DNA of 64,000 bases from Clostridia bacterium (GCA_017453005.1 JAFTKY010000038.1:4086-68085); one strand, 5' to 3'; shown: positions 25,238 through 34,712, counted from the first letter of the stretch. Program-made: numbers and translations. The notes: generated from the letters alone by a model not told the origin.

Positions 25238-27724
25238 ATGCAGAAAGAGACAAGCGCAAATTACGAATACGTATCGGTGTATTTGCTTGACAGTCCGTAT
25301 GCAATAGACACCTCCTATGATTATTTCGTGCCTATTGACCTGCGCGGACAGATAAAAAGGGGCAGCTTTATAACAGTCCCCTTCGGAAGGACTAACCGCA
25401 AGCAGATGGGAATAGTCTGGGAGATGCTTTCGTCAAGTGCATATAAAAATCCAAAGTCGGTCAGCGGTGTCTGTGCCGACAGAAATCCTCTGTCCGAGGA
25501 GATGCTTGGGCTTTGTATGTATATGAAAAACCAGCTGCTTTGCACTGTGGGCGACGCCGTCAGATGCGCCGTCCCGGCGGCGGCTCTCGGAAGGCTTGCA
25601 CAGTATTATTCACCCGCCAAGGGTTCGTCCCCGAATGCCTCCGCAGGATTTACGACCGCAGATTTGTTCGTTTACGAGTATATAGTCTCGAAGGGACTTG
25701 TCAGCATGGACACCTTGAAGGGCAAGTTCGGCGCGGCAGCAGCAAACGAATCGGTTGAAAGGCTGTTTTCAAAGGGAATGCTTGAGAGAAGCCTTGAATC
25801 GGGCAAGGTCATGGGGGAGCAGTACGAAAGCTACTACTTCATTGCGGACGAGGAGGTAATCTCAAGAGTAAAGATAACCTCCGAAAAGCAAAAGCTTATT
25901 ATGGAGATACTTGCGTGCGGCAGAGATATGACCGCGAGGGAGATACTTGCGGCAAGCGGCACGAGTGACGCGCCCCTGAAGGCTCTCGTTGAAAAGGGTG
26001 CGGTCATAAAAAAGCAGGAGAGAATTTACAGAGACGGGCAGGTGGGCGAATTGCCGCCTCCCGTAGAGTATAAGCTCAACGCAGAGCAGTCGGCGGCGGT
26101 TGAAAAAATAAGCGCGCATATATGCTCGCGCGAGCCTCGCGCATGTCTGCTTTTTGGCGTTACGGGCAGCGGAAAGACCAGCGTTATAGTCTCGTCTATT
26201 GACGTCGCGATAGCTGAGGGCAGAGGAGTTATCGTCCTCCTCCCCGAGATAGCTCTGACACCGCAGACCTTGAATATCTTCCGCTCAAGATACGGCGAGA
26301 GAGTGGCCCTCGTTCATTCGGGGCTTTCCGCAGGCGAGAGATACGATGCTTACACAAGAATAATTTCGGGTGAGGCGGACATCGTCGTAGGTACGCGCTC
26401 CGCGATATTCTCACCCGTCAAAAACCTCGGACTTATCGTTATTGACGAGGAGCACGAGGCAACCTATAAATCGGAAACCAACCCAAAATACCACGCAAGA
26501 GATATTGCAAGGTGGAGATGCGCGCACTCGGGCGCGGTCATGCTTTTGTCATCGGCAACCCCGAGCGTTGAAAGCTACACCAAGGCAGTCGAGGGAAAAT
26601 ACGACCTTATCAGGCTGACCGAGCGGTACGGCGAGGCAAAGCTGCCCGAAGTCAAAATATACGATATGAGACGCGAGGCGCAGACGGGCAACACGTCTCC
26701 CCTGGGACAGGTATTGCGCGACGAGCTGAAGGCGGTCATCAGCCGCGGCGAGCAGGCGGTGCTGTTTTTGAACAGACGCGGATATAATACCACGGTGAGC
26801 TGTCGCTCCTGCGGTGAGGTCATTCGCTGTCCGCATTGCTCGGTTTCAATGAGCTACCACGCCGAGCACGGAAATCACGAAAAGGGCTTTTTGTTCTGTC
26901 ATTGGTGCGGAACGAAAATGAGACTGCCCGAGACTTGTCCGTCCTGCTCATCCGAGCATCTGGCGCGTATTGGCTTTGGCACACAGAGAATAGAAAGGGA
27001 GCTTTCGCTCATGCTCCCCGAGGCGAGGATACTCCGTATGGACGCGGATTCCACGTCGGGTAAAATTTCCACGCGTGAGCTGATAGAGAAATTCCGACGC
27101 GGCGAGGCGGACGTCCTCCTCGGCACGCAGATGGTGACTAAGGGACACGATTTCCCGAACGTCACGCTCGTGGGAGTGCTGCTTGCGGATATGTCGCTGT
27201 ACCTTGACGATTACCACGCAAACGAGCGCACCTTTTCAATGCTCACGCAGGTCATCGGCAGAGCGGGACGCTCCGAGCGCGACGGCATGGCGATAATACA
27301 GACCAACAATCCTGACAACGACACTATAAAGCTGGCTTGCCGTCAGGACTACGAGGCGTTTTACAATACCGAGATAAGACTTCGCAAGCTGCTCACCTTC
27401 CCGCCCTATTGCGACGTTGCGGTGCTGACTGTAATTTCGGGTGACGAAAAGCAGGCGTTGCTTACGGCAACAAGGCTTGCGGCAGAGATAAAGCGGCTGA
27501 CAAGCTCTGCGGACGGCAGGTATGCCGACGTGCCTCTTGAGGCGTTCGGCCCGTTTGAAGCGCCCGTATATAAGGTCGAGGAAAAGTTCAGAATGAGAAT
27601 GGTAATAAAGTGCCGACTCAACAAGCGCAGCCGCGCTATGTTCTCCGAGCTTTTGCAGACCTTCAGCAAGGAAGGAAAGGACAAGACCATCCTTACCGTT
27701 GACTTTAACCCCACGGGGCTATAA
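25238..27724 (+). CDS. priA: Primosomal protein N' (replication restart helicase PriA), 828 aa
   Basis: Walker A (GVTGSGKT), DEEH box (VIDEEHE) and the Cys-rich zinc-binding insert (CRSCG..IRCPHCS...C.WCG....PE.CPSC). Confidence 0.95.
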   Translation: MQKETSANYEYVSVYLLDSPYAIDTSYDYFVPIDLRGQIKRGSFITVPFGRTNRKQMGIVWEMLSSSAYKNPKSVSGVCADRNPLSEEMLGLCMYMKNQLLCTVGDAVRCAVPAAALGRLAQYYSPAKGSSPNASAGFTTADLFVYEYIVSKGLVSMDTLKGKFGAAAANESVERLFSKGMLERSLESGKVMGEQYESYYFIADEEVISRVKITSEKQKLIMEILACGRDMTAREILAASGTSDAPLKALVEKGAVIKKQERIYRDGQVGELPPPVEYKLNAEQSAAVEKISAHICSREPRACLLFGVTGSGKTSVIVSSIDVAIAEGRGVIVLLPEIALTPQTLNIFRSRYGERVALVHSGLSAGERYDAYTRIISGEADIVVGTRSAIFSPVKNLGLIVIDEEHEATYKSETNPKYHARDIARWRCAHSGAVMLLSSATPSVESYTKAVEGKYDLIRLTERYGEAKLPEVKIYDMRREAQTGNTSPLGQVLRDELKAVISRGEQAVLFLNRRGYNTTVSCRSCGEVIRCPHCSVSMSYHAEHGNHEKGFLFCHWCGTKMRLPETCPSCSSEHLARIGFGTQRIERELSLMLPEARILRMDADSTSGKISTRELIEKFRRGEADVLLGTQMVTKGHDFPNVTLVGVLLADMSLYLDDYHANERTFSMLTQVIGRAGRSERDGMAIIQTNNPDNDTIKLACRQDYEAFYNTEIRLRKLLTFPPYCDVAVLTVISGDEKQALLTATRLAAEIKRLTSSADGRYADVPLEAFGPFEAPVYKVEEKFRMRMVIKCRLNKRSRAMFSELLQTFSKEGKDKTILTVDFNPTGL

Positions 27725-27784
27725 AGTGCAGAGTGCAGAGCGGATAAAGTGCAGAGCGCAGAGTGAAGAGTGCTGAGTGCGGAA
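27725..27784 (+). repeat. Heptamer array immediately after the priA stop
   Basis: GTGCAGAGTGCAGAGCGGATAAAGTGCAGAGCGCAGAGTGAAGAGTGCTGAGTGCGGA. Confidence 0.85.
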
Positions 27785-27822
27785 AATCTGCAAAAAAATC
27801 ACAAGAAAGAAGGTTTATATAA

Positions 27823-28299
27823 ATGGCAAAGCTTAAAATCGTAAAGGTAGGCGACGACACGCTCCGCAAGGTGTGCCGTCCCGTTGATACAATAACCCCC
27901 AGAATACTCACACTGCTTGACGACATGGTACAGACCATGCGCGCGGCAAACGGCGTGGGTCTCGCCGCACCTCAGGTGGGCGTCCTTCGCAGAATTGTCG
28001 TTGTGGAGGTCGAGCCGGGTGAGGTCTACGAGCTTATCAACCCCAAGATCATCGCCTTTTCGGGCGAGCAGGAGGGTGCGGAGGGCTGTCTCTCCGTTCC
28101 CGGACAGTGGGGGCTTGTCAAACGCCCCATGCACGTTACCGTCCGCGCGATGAACAGACACGGACAGATAGTTGACTACACGGGCTCGGAGCTTCTCGCT
28201 CGCTGCTTCTGTCACGAGATAGATCACCTTGACGGCAAGCTCTATATCGACAGAGCCGAGAGAATGCTCACAGAGGACGAGATAGAGGCTGACGACTGA
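27823..28299 (+). CDS. def: Peptide deformylase
   Basis: Motifs GVGLAAPQ, EGCLS and HEIDHLDG. Confidence 0.95.
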   Translation: MAKLKIVKVGDDTLRKVCRPVDTITPRILTLLDDMVQTMRAANGVGLAAPQVGVLRRIVVVEVEPGEVYELINPKIIAFSGEQEGAEGCLSVPGQWGLVKRPMHVTVRAMNRHGQIVDYTGSELLARCFCHEIDHLDGKLYIDRAERMLTEDEIEADD

Positions 28300-28321
28300 T
28301 AAGCCGAGGAGGTTTTGCGTT

Positions 28322-29251
28322 ATGAGAATTTTATTTATGGGAACGCCCGACTTCGCGCTTGCGTCGCTCAAGGCGCTCTGCGAGGCGGGACATGACGTTG
28401 CGGCAGTGGTGACACAGCCCGACAAGCCGCGAGGCAGAGGACATTACCTCACCCCTCCCCCCGTTAAGGTCTATGCGCAGGAGAAAAATATCCCCGTGCT
28501 TCAGCCCCTGACGTTACGCGGCGAGGAATTTGCAAAAACTCTTGAGGACATAGACCCCGAGCTTATCGTAGTTGTTGCTTACGGAAGAATACTTCCTAAA
28601 AATGTGCTGGAATACCCCAAATATAAGTGCGTAAACGTCCACGGCTCGCTTCTCCCCGAATACAGAGGTGCGGCGCCCATGCAGAGAGCAATAATCGACG
28701 GCAAAAGGGTGACGGGTATTACCACAATGCTTATGGCAGAGGGGCTTGACACGGGAGATATGCTTCTCAAGGCAGAGGCAAAAATAGAGGAAAACGATAA
28801 TTTTGAGACTATACACGACAGGCTTGCCGCCCTTGGCGCGTCGCTTTTGCTTGATACGGTAAAGGGACTTGAGTACGGCAGCATAACGCCAATACCGCAG
28901 GGCGAGGGCGCGACGTACGCCGCAAAAATTGAAAAGACCGACTGTCTTATAGATTTTTCAAAGCCTGTGGACGAGGTGCATAATCTTATCCGCGGACTTT
29001 CCCCCATTCCGCTGTCGTTTACTCACACGCCCGACGGGAAATTGCTAAAGATAACCGAGAGCAGAATTTTCTCGCGCAAGGCAACGGGTGAGGCTTGCGG
29101 CAAGGTAATTTCCACCGACGGCGAAATAAGAGTTGCTTGTGCCGACGGCGTTATTTCTCTTCTCGGCGTAGTACCCGAGGGCAAGGGAAGAATGTCTGCC
29201 GCCGACTTTATAAACGGCAGAAAAATATCTGTAGGCGATATTCTTTTCTGA
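28322..29251 (+). CDS. fmt: Methionyl-tRNA formyltransferase
   Basis: MRILFMGTPDFA... , NVHGSLLP.YRGAAP.Q.AI. 309 aa, following def. Confidence 0.95.
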   Translation: MRILFMGTPDFALASLKALCEAGHDVAAVVTQPDKPRGRGHYLTPPPVKVYAQEKNIPVLQPLTLRGEEFAKTLEDIDPELIVVVAYGRILPKNVLEYPKYKCVNVHGSLLPEYRGAAPMQRAIIDGKRVTGITTMLMAEGLDTGDMLLKAEAKIEENDNFETIHDRLAALGASLLLDTVKGLEYGSITPIPQGEGATYAAKIEKTDCLIDFSKPVDEVHNLIRGLSPIPLSFTHTPDGKLLKITESRIFSRKATGEACGKVISTDGEIRVACADGVISLLGVVPEGKGRMSAADFINGRKISVGDILF

Positions 29252-29332
29252 TTTTTTTGGTAAAATACGCATACGATAAAAGTAATTTTGCCGTGACAAA
29301 ATAAGCATATATTATTCAAAAGGAGAATTTCT

Positions 29333-30064
29333 ATGCTTTTCGGACTTTTTATGGGAGACTGGACTATTCTTATCCTTTTGCCCGCCATGATATTTGCAAT
29401 TATCGCGCAGGCAAGGGTGCAGTCCACCTTTAACAAATACAGTAAAACGAGGACATTTTCGGGGCTTGACGGCGCTTCCGTTGCCCGAATGATACTTGAC
29501 AAAAACGGGCTTTACAGCGTGAGAATTGAACGCGTTCACGGACACCTGACCGACCATTACGATCCGAGGGCTAACGTGATAAGGCTGTCGGACTCCACGT
29601 ATTCAAGTGACAGCGCGGCGGCAATAGGTGTTGCCGCTCACGAGGCGGGACACGCCGTTCAGCACGCCGTGGGATATTTTCCCATAAAGCTTCGTATGGC
29701 GATAATCCCCATCACGAGATTTGGCTCGGCTCTCGCTATGCCGCTGTTTCTTATCGGAATGCTTTTGACGGCGTTTTCGTATAACTCGGGAATAGGCGAA
29801 ATATTTATGCTGCTCGGTATACTGTTCTTTTCGTTCAGCACGCTGTTTCAGCTTGTGACTTTGCCGACGGAATTCAACGCCTCGTCAAGAGCGATGGAGG
29901 CTCTGAGGGGCTCGGGCAGACTTGGCTCGCAGGACCTTTCTGCCGCAAGGCAGGTGCTTTCTGCGGCGGCTATGACGTACGTCGCGGCGCTTGCAACCTC
30001 GCTTGCCTATTTGCTGCGATTCATTTTGATATTTATGGGCGCGTCGGGCAGACGGCGCAATTAA
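29333..30064 (+). CDS. Membrane zinc metallopeptidase (YugP-like, Zn_peptidase_2 family), 243 aa
   Basis: HEAGHAVQH zinc motif with N- and C-terminal TM segments. Confidence 0.8.
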   Translation: MLFGLFMGDWTILILLPAMIFAIIAQARVQSTFNKYSKTRTFSGLDGASVARMILDKNGLYSVRIERVHGHLTDHYDPRANVIRLSDSTYSSDSAAAIGVAAHEAGHAVQHAVGYFPIKLRMAIIPITRFGSALAMPLFLIGMLLTAFSYNSGIGEIFMLLGILFFSFSTLFQLVTLPTEFNASSRAMEALRGSGRLGSQDLSAARQVLSAAAMTYVAALATSLAYLLRFILIFMGASGRRRN

Positions 30065-30146
30065 ATGCAATCTTCACGGCTTTTTGTTCTGAAGCAGCTT
30101 GAGCATAAAGCTTTTATCGTTTTTTATTGACATTATATTTGGAGTG

Positions 30147-30197
30147 TTTTTTGGAAAGGGCGTGGGAAAACCTTTTTTTCAAAAAAGGTTTTCCCAC
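30147..30197 (+). repeat. Family-C A/T-centred palindrome element (copy 2)
   Basis: TTTTTTGGAAAGGGC-GTGGGAAAACCTTTTTTT-C-AAAAAAGGTTTTCCCAC. Confidence 0.85.
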
Positions 30198-30228
30198 ATT
30201 CCTATCCCTCCACAGAAAGGAGAAGGCT

Positions 30229-31530
30229 GTGAGTCCGAGAAGGCTTGCGTTTGACGTGCTCAAAAAAATGAGCGCGGGCGGACAGTATTCAAATATTGCC
30301 ATTGACAAGGCGCTTGCGTCGGCAGAGCTGAGCGAGGCTGACCGTGGGCTTTTTACGGTGATAGTCATGGGCGTGCTGGAAAGAAAAATCACGCTGGACT
30401 ACGTCATAGACAGGCTCGCTGCCGACTCAAATAAAATTGAAAACGACGTAAGGATACTTTTGCGCATGGGCTTATATCAGCTCATGTTCCTTGACAGAGT
30501 TCCCGAGTATGCGGCGATAAACGAGACGGTAGGGCTTGCACCGAGACGGGTTAGGGGCTTTGTCAACGCGATGCTCCGCGCGTATTTAAGAAAAAAGGGG
30601 TGCATAGAGTATCCCGATAAGGATAAAAATGCGGCGGAGTATATCTCCGTAAAATACTCCTTTCCCATAGAGCTGACCGAAAGATTTATCTCGATTTTCG
30701 GTGAGGACAGAACCTGCAATATCTTTGATTTTTACAATCAGACGCCGCCCATGACCTTGCGCGTCAACACGCTCAAAACAAGCCGTAAGGATTACGCGGC
30801 GGAGCTTGACAGAGCAGGCATAAAATACGAGCTGACGGAAAATTCACCTAACGGAATAAAGGTGTACGGCGCGTCTTTTTCTCGCTTGCCGAAATCTGAC
30901 GAGGGATATTTTTTTGTTCAGGACGAGGCGTCGCAGATATGCGTTGAGGCACTTGGAGCGAGGTCGGGGAATTTTGTTATCGACTGCTGCTCGTGTCCCG
31001 GCTCAAAATCCTTCGGCGCGGCGATAAGCATGGAAAACACGGGCAAAATTTTGTCCTGCGACCTGCACGAGAGCAAGCTCTCGCTCGTTGAGTCGGGGGC
31101 AAAGAGACTTGGGATTGACATAATCACCACGCGCGCAACCGATGCGCGCAAATATGACGGGACGCTCTGCATGAGCGCGGATGCTTTGCTTTGTGACGCA
31201 CCCTGCTCGGGCTTTGGCGTTATGGCAAAAAAGCCCGAGATAAGATATAAGGACTTAACCGAATCGGACAAGCTTCCGAAAATTCAGTCGGACATTTTGG
31301 AAAACGTGTGTAAGTACGTAAAGGTCGGCGGTGCTTTGGTCTACTCCACGTGTACCGTTTTCCCCGAGGAAAACACTGCGGTTGTAAAGAGCTTTCTTAA
31401 CGCGCACCCCGAATTTGTCGCGGAGGATTTCAACGTGGGCAACCTTTCGTCCGAGTGCGGTATGCTGTCGCTTTTCCCCGATATTCACAAGACCGACGGA
31501 TTTTTCATCGCAAAAATGAGAAGAATATAG
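30229..31530 (+). CDS. rsmB: 16S rRNA (cytosine967-C5)-methyltransferase RsmB (433 aa)
   Basis: NusB-like N-domain plus a SAM-methyltransferase domain with DAPCSG and TCT motifs. GTG at 30229 (after AAGGAGAAGG) is preferred because the upstream ORF extension runs through the family-C repeat. Confidence 0.88.
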   Translation: MSPRRLAFDVLKKMSAGGQYSNIAIDKALASAELSEADRGLFTVIVMGVLERKITLDYVIDRLAADSNKIENDVRILLRMGLYQLMFLDRVPEYAAINETVGLAPRRVRGFVNAMLRAYLRKKGCIEYPDKDKNAAEYISVKYSFPIELTERFISIFGEDRTCNIFDFYNQTPPMTLRVNTLKTSRKDYAAELDRAGIKYELTENSPNGIKVYGASFSRLPKSDEGYFFVQDEASQICVEALGARSGNFVIDCCSCPGSKSFGAAISMENTGKILSCDLHESKLSLVESGAKRLGIDIITTRATDARKYDGTLCMSADALLCDAPCSGFGVMAKKPEIRYKDLTESDKLPKIQSDILENVCKYVKVGGALVYSTCTVFPEENTAVVKSFLNAHPEFVAEDFNVGNLSSECGMLSLFPDIHKTDGFFIAKMRRI

Positions 31531-31660
31531 ATAAAGTGCAGAGAGCAGAGTGCAGAGTTAGCCTTCCCCTGTGGGGAAGGGGGACCGCTTTAGCGGTGGA
31601 TGAGGAGAGCCCCATCTATGATTACAGCATGGTGCTTGCGGAGTGCAGAGTGCGGAATTA
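31531..31660 (+). repeat. Full composite element: heptamers, family-A double hairpin, conserved tail, heptamers
   Basis: ATAAAGTGCAGAGAGCAGAGTGCAGAGT-TAGCCTTCCCCtgtGGGGAAGGGGGACCGCtttaGCGGTGGATGAGGAGAGCCCCATCTATGATTACAGCATGGTGCTTGCGGAGTGCAGAGTGCGGA. Confidence 0.9.
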
Positions 31661-31712
31661 AAAATACGGAGGATTGCTCTCACCGTGAATGTAAAAACTA
31701 AAAGGACATAAC

Positions 31713-32759
31713 ATGAAAAATATATATTCATACACACCGGAGGAGCTTGAGGCTTTAATGATTGAGATTGGCGAGCCGAAATATCGCGCAAGCCAGATTT
31801 TCTCCCAGCTCCACAAGGGAATTTTGCTCTCGGAAATGACTAACGTGGGCAAAAAAACCAAGGAAAAGCTTTGCGGCGTAGTCGATGCCGCGCTCCCAAG
31901 CATAAAAAGGAAATTAGTCTCGCAGATAGATGGGACGGTCAAATATCTTTTTGAGCTTTCGGACAAAAACTGTATTGAGTCCGTAGTCATGAAATACGAG
32001 CACGGATACACCATTTGTGTATCCTCGCAGGTCGGCTGTCGCATGGGATGTAAATTCTGCGCGTCAACTCTCGCGGGCAGGGTCCGTGACCTTGAGGCAG
32101 GCGAGATGATAGGGCAGGTCCTTGCGGCAAACCGTGACCTCGGTATCCGCATTTCAAATATCGTCATGATGGGAATAGGCGAGCCGCTTGACAATTTTGA
32201 CAATTCGGTCAAGTTTTTAAGGCTTGCAAATCACGAAAGCGGCGTCAATATAGGTTATAGACATATATCTCTTTCCACCTGCGGCGTCGTGTCGGGAATA
32301 TACAAGCTCGCCGAGCTTGACCTCCCAATTACACTGTCCATATCTCTCCACGCGCCCGACGACGAGACGCGCTCGGAGATAATGCCCGTCAACCGTCGCT
32401 GGGGCGTCTCGGAGCTGCTTTGCGCGTGCCGTGACTATTACAAAAAAACGGGACGCAGGCTCTCGTTTGAATATACCCTTATTTCGGGCAAGAACGATTC
32501 AAGAGCACTCGCCGAAAAGCTCGCGCAGGTGCTCAATTCCTCCCTCCGCACAAAGACGGAGACCATGCCCATTCACGTAAATCTTATTCCCGTCAACGAG
32601 GTTGGAGAGACGGGATTTAAGCCCGCCGACAAACGCGGAATAAAAGATTTTGCCGCCACCCTTGAGATGCGCGGCATTCGCGCGACAGTTCGCCGCAAGC
32701 TCGGTTCGGACATAAACGCCTCCTGCGGACAGCTCAGGCGAGAGGACGCGGAGGGGTGA
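31713..32759 (+). CDS. rlmN: 23S rRNA (adenine2503-C2)-methyltransferase, radical SAM
   Basis: Radical-SAM cluster CRMGCKFC, YRA.QI..W N-terminal motif. 348 aa. Confidence 0.95.
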   Translation: MKNIYSYTPEELEALMIEIGEPKYRASQIFSQLHKGILLSEMTNVGKKTKEKLCGVVDAALPSIKRKLVSQIDGTVKYLFELSDKNCIESVVMKYEHGYTICVSSQVGCRMGCKFCASTLAGRVRDLEAGEMIGQVLAANRDLGIRISNIVMMGIGEPLDNFDNSVKFLRLANHESGVNIGYRHISLSTCGVVSGIYKLAELDLPITLSISLHAPDDETRSEIMPVNRRWGVSELLCACRDYYKKTGRRLSFEYTLISGKNDSRALAEKLAQVLNSSLRTKTETMPIHVNLIPVNEVGETGFKPADKRGIKDFAATLEMRGIRATVRRKLGSDINASCGQLRREDAEG

Positions 32760-32995
32760 AGACGCAGAGTGCGGAGTGCAGAGTGCAGAGCGCAGAGTGC
32801 AGAGTTAGCCTTCCCCTGTGGGGAAGGTGGCGCCGAAGGCGACGGATGAGGAGAGCCCCATCTATGATTACTGCATGGCGCTTGCGGAGTGCGGAGTGCA
32901 GAGCGCAGAGTGCAAAATAGCCTTCCCAAAGACAGGGGAAGGTGGATTTGCCGAAGGCAAGGACGGATGAGGATGCACCATTTTTGATTATTACG
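32760..32995 (+). repeat. Two tandem composite family-A elements with heptamer arrays, filling the rlmN-PASTA gap
   Basis: Copy a core at 32806-32880 (stem 2 CGCC/GGCG). Copy b core at 32918-32995 (stem 2 TTGCC/GGCAA). Heptamers at 32760-32805 and 32884-32915. Confidence 0.9.
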
Positions 32996-33025
32996 GCACG
33001 ATACATAAAATTTGTGAGGTGTATC

Positions 33026-33766
33026 ATGCAAAAAAACAGACGGGAAAATAAAGGTAAAATTTCAAGAAAGCTCATAATCGCCGCAGTTGTGACGACGGTG
33101 GCGTTTGCAATAACGAGTATTGCGGTATTCTACACGCTTTTTTACCGTAAAATTGACGCGTACGAGTACACGTTTCCCGATTTCGTGGGCTCGTATGAAG
33201 CCGACCTGCCAAGCTCGGACTTTGAAATAAAAAAGAATTACGTTCCGTCGGATATATATCCCGAGGGAGTTATCATTTCGCAGTCGCCCGACGGGCTTTC
33301 GGCAAAAAAGATAAAAAAAGGACAGTCTCCCGTTCTGACGCTCAATATAAGCTCAGGCAAGGAAAGCTTTGTCCTCCCAAATCTTACCGATATGTCTCTG
33401 CGCGAGGCAGAGACAGCTCTCCGACAGCTGCAGACAAAGGTGAAGGTCGTACGTATTTACGGAGACTTTGACGCGGAGAGGGTGAGCGAGACCAAGCCGC
33501 AAGCCGACAAAATAATCCACACGGGCGATACGGTGATTTTGTATGTTGAAACGCCGAAACGAATAGACAGGGTCAAGCTTCCGAGCGTTATAGGTCTTGA
33601 CGTGGACGAAGCGGCGCGCGTGTTCACCGAGGCAGGGCTTGAATTTGAAATCGAGGAAGGCTTTGATTTTGATAAAAATACGGGCGAGGTCATTTTTCAG
33701 TCACCCGTTCCAAACGCGTATATAAACAAAGAAACAAAAGTAACCATAACGGTAAACACAGATTAA
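33026..33766 (+). CDS. Membrane-anchored PASTA-domain protein without a kinase domain (246 aa)
   Basis: Short basic N-terminus, one TM (LIIAAVVTTVAFAITSIAVFYTLFY), then three PASTA-like repeats (e.g. VKLPSVIGLDVDEAARVFTEAGLEFEIEEG....GEVIFQSP). It occupies the prkC position of the ylo cluster. Confidence 0.8.
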   Translation: MQKNRRENKGKISRKLIIAAVVTTVAFAITSIAVFYTLFYRKIDAYEYTFPDFVGSYEADLPSSDFEIKKNYVPSDIYPEGVIISQSPDGLSAKKIKKGQSPVLTLNISSGKESFVLPNLTDMSLREAETALRQLQTKVKVVRIYGDFDAERVSETKPQADKIIHTGDTVILYVETPKRIDRVKLPSVIGLDVDEAARVFTEAGLEFEIEEGFDFDKNTGEVIFQSPVPNAYINKETKVTITVNTD

Positions 33767-33777
33767 GTGAGGTATCC

Positions 33778-34683
33778 ATGGCGGACAACGCAAAAGGAAG
33801 GATAATCAAGGGGGTCGGCGGACTTTACACCGTGCGGCTTTCCGACCGCGATCTGCAATGCAGAGCGCGCGGCTCATTCAGACATTCAAATATAACTCCG
33901 CTCGTGGGGGACTGCGTCACGCTCGGCATTGACGAGCGCGGCGACGCCGTTATAGACAGGATAGATGAGCGTAAAAACTCGCTTATCCGTCCCCCGCTTG
34001 CAAATATTGACTATATTTTCGTCACTATGGCGGCGGCGTCTCCAAAGCCCATGCTTGACATGACGGACAAGCTGTGCGCCATTCTTGAGCACAACTATAT
34101 CACGCCCGTCATAGTGGTGGGCAAGTGCGAGCTTGACAGAGAATATGCAAACGAGATAAAAAGTATTTACGAAAAGGCGGGATACCGCGTCTTTATTCTG
34201 TCCTGCGTGACGGGAGAGGGAATTGACGAAATTCAAGCGTTCGTAGATGGAAATCTCGCGGGTAAAATATCCGCGTTTGCGGGTGCGTCGGGTGTTGGAA
34301 AGTCCACGCTTCTGAACAAGCTCTTTCCGAGCCTTGAGCTTGGAACGGGTGAGGTCAGCCGAAAGGTTGAAAGGGGAAAGCACACCACGCGAACGGTCAC
34401 GCTTTTCGAGGTCTGCGGTGAGGGCGGTTATCTTGCCGACACCCCGGGCTTTTCCATGCTTGACTTTGACCGCTTTGACTTTTTTGACATTGAAAATCTG
34501 CCCAATGTGTTCCCCGAGATACACGAGTGCGTAGGGCTCTGCAAATATACCAAGTGCTCGCACACAAAGGAAGAGGGCTGTGAGGTGCTCAAAAAGGTAA
34601 GACGCGGAGAGATGGCGAAATCGCGTCACGACAGCTATGTAGAACTCTACAACGTGTTAAAAAATAAACCGAAATGGAAATAA
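33778..34683 (+). CDS. rsgA: Ribosome small subunit-dependent GTPase A
   Basis: OB N-domain, circularly permuted GTPase (GASGVGKSTLLN) and C-terminal zinc knuckle (C..C.YT.CSH..E.GC). Confidence 0.93.
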   Translation: MADNAKGRIIKGVGGLYTVRLSDRDLQCRARGSFRHSNITPLVGDCVTLGIDERGDAVIDRIDERKNSLIRPPLANIDYIFVTMAAASPKPMLDMTDKLCAILEHNYITPVIVVGKCELDREYANEIKSIYEKAGYRVFILSCVTGEGIDEIQAFVDGNLAGKISAFAGASGVGKSTLLNKLFPSLELGTGEVSRKVERGKHTTRTVTLFEVCGEGGYLADTPGFSMLDFDRFDFFDIENLPNVFPEIHECVGLCKYTKCSHTKEEGCEVLKKVRRGEMAKSRHDSYVELYNVLKNKPKWK

Positions 34684-34712
34684 TACGGGTACATATGCAG
34701 CCGTAGGGGAGG

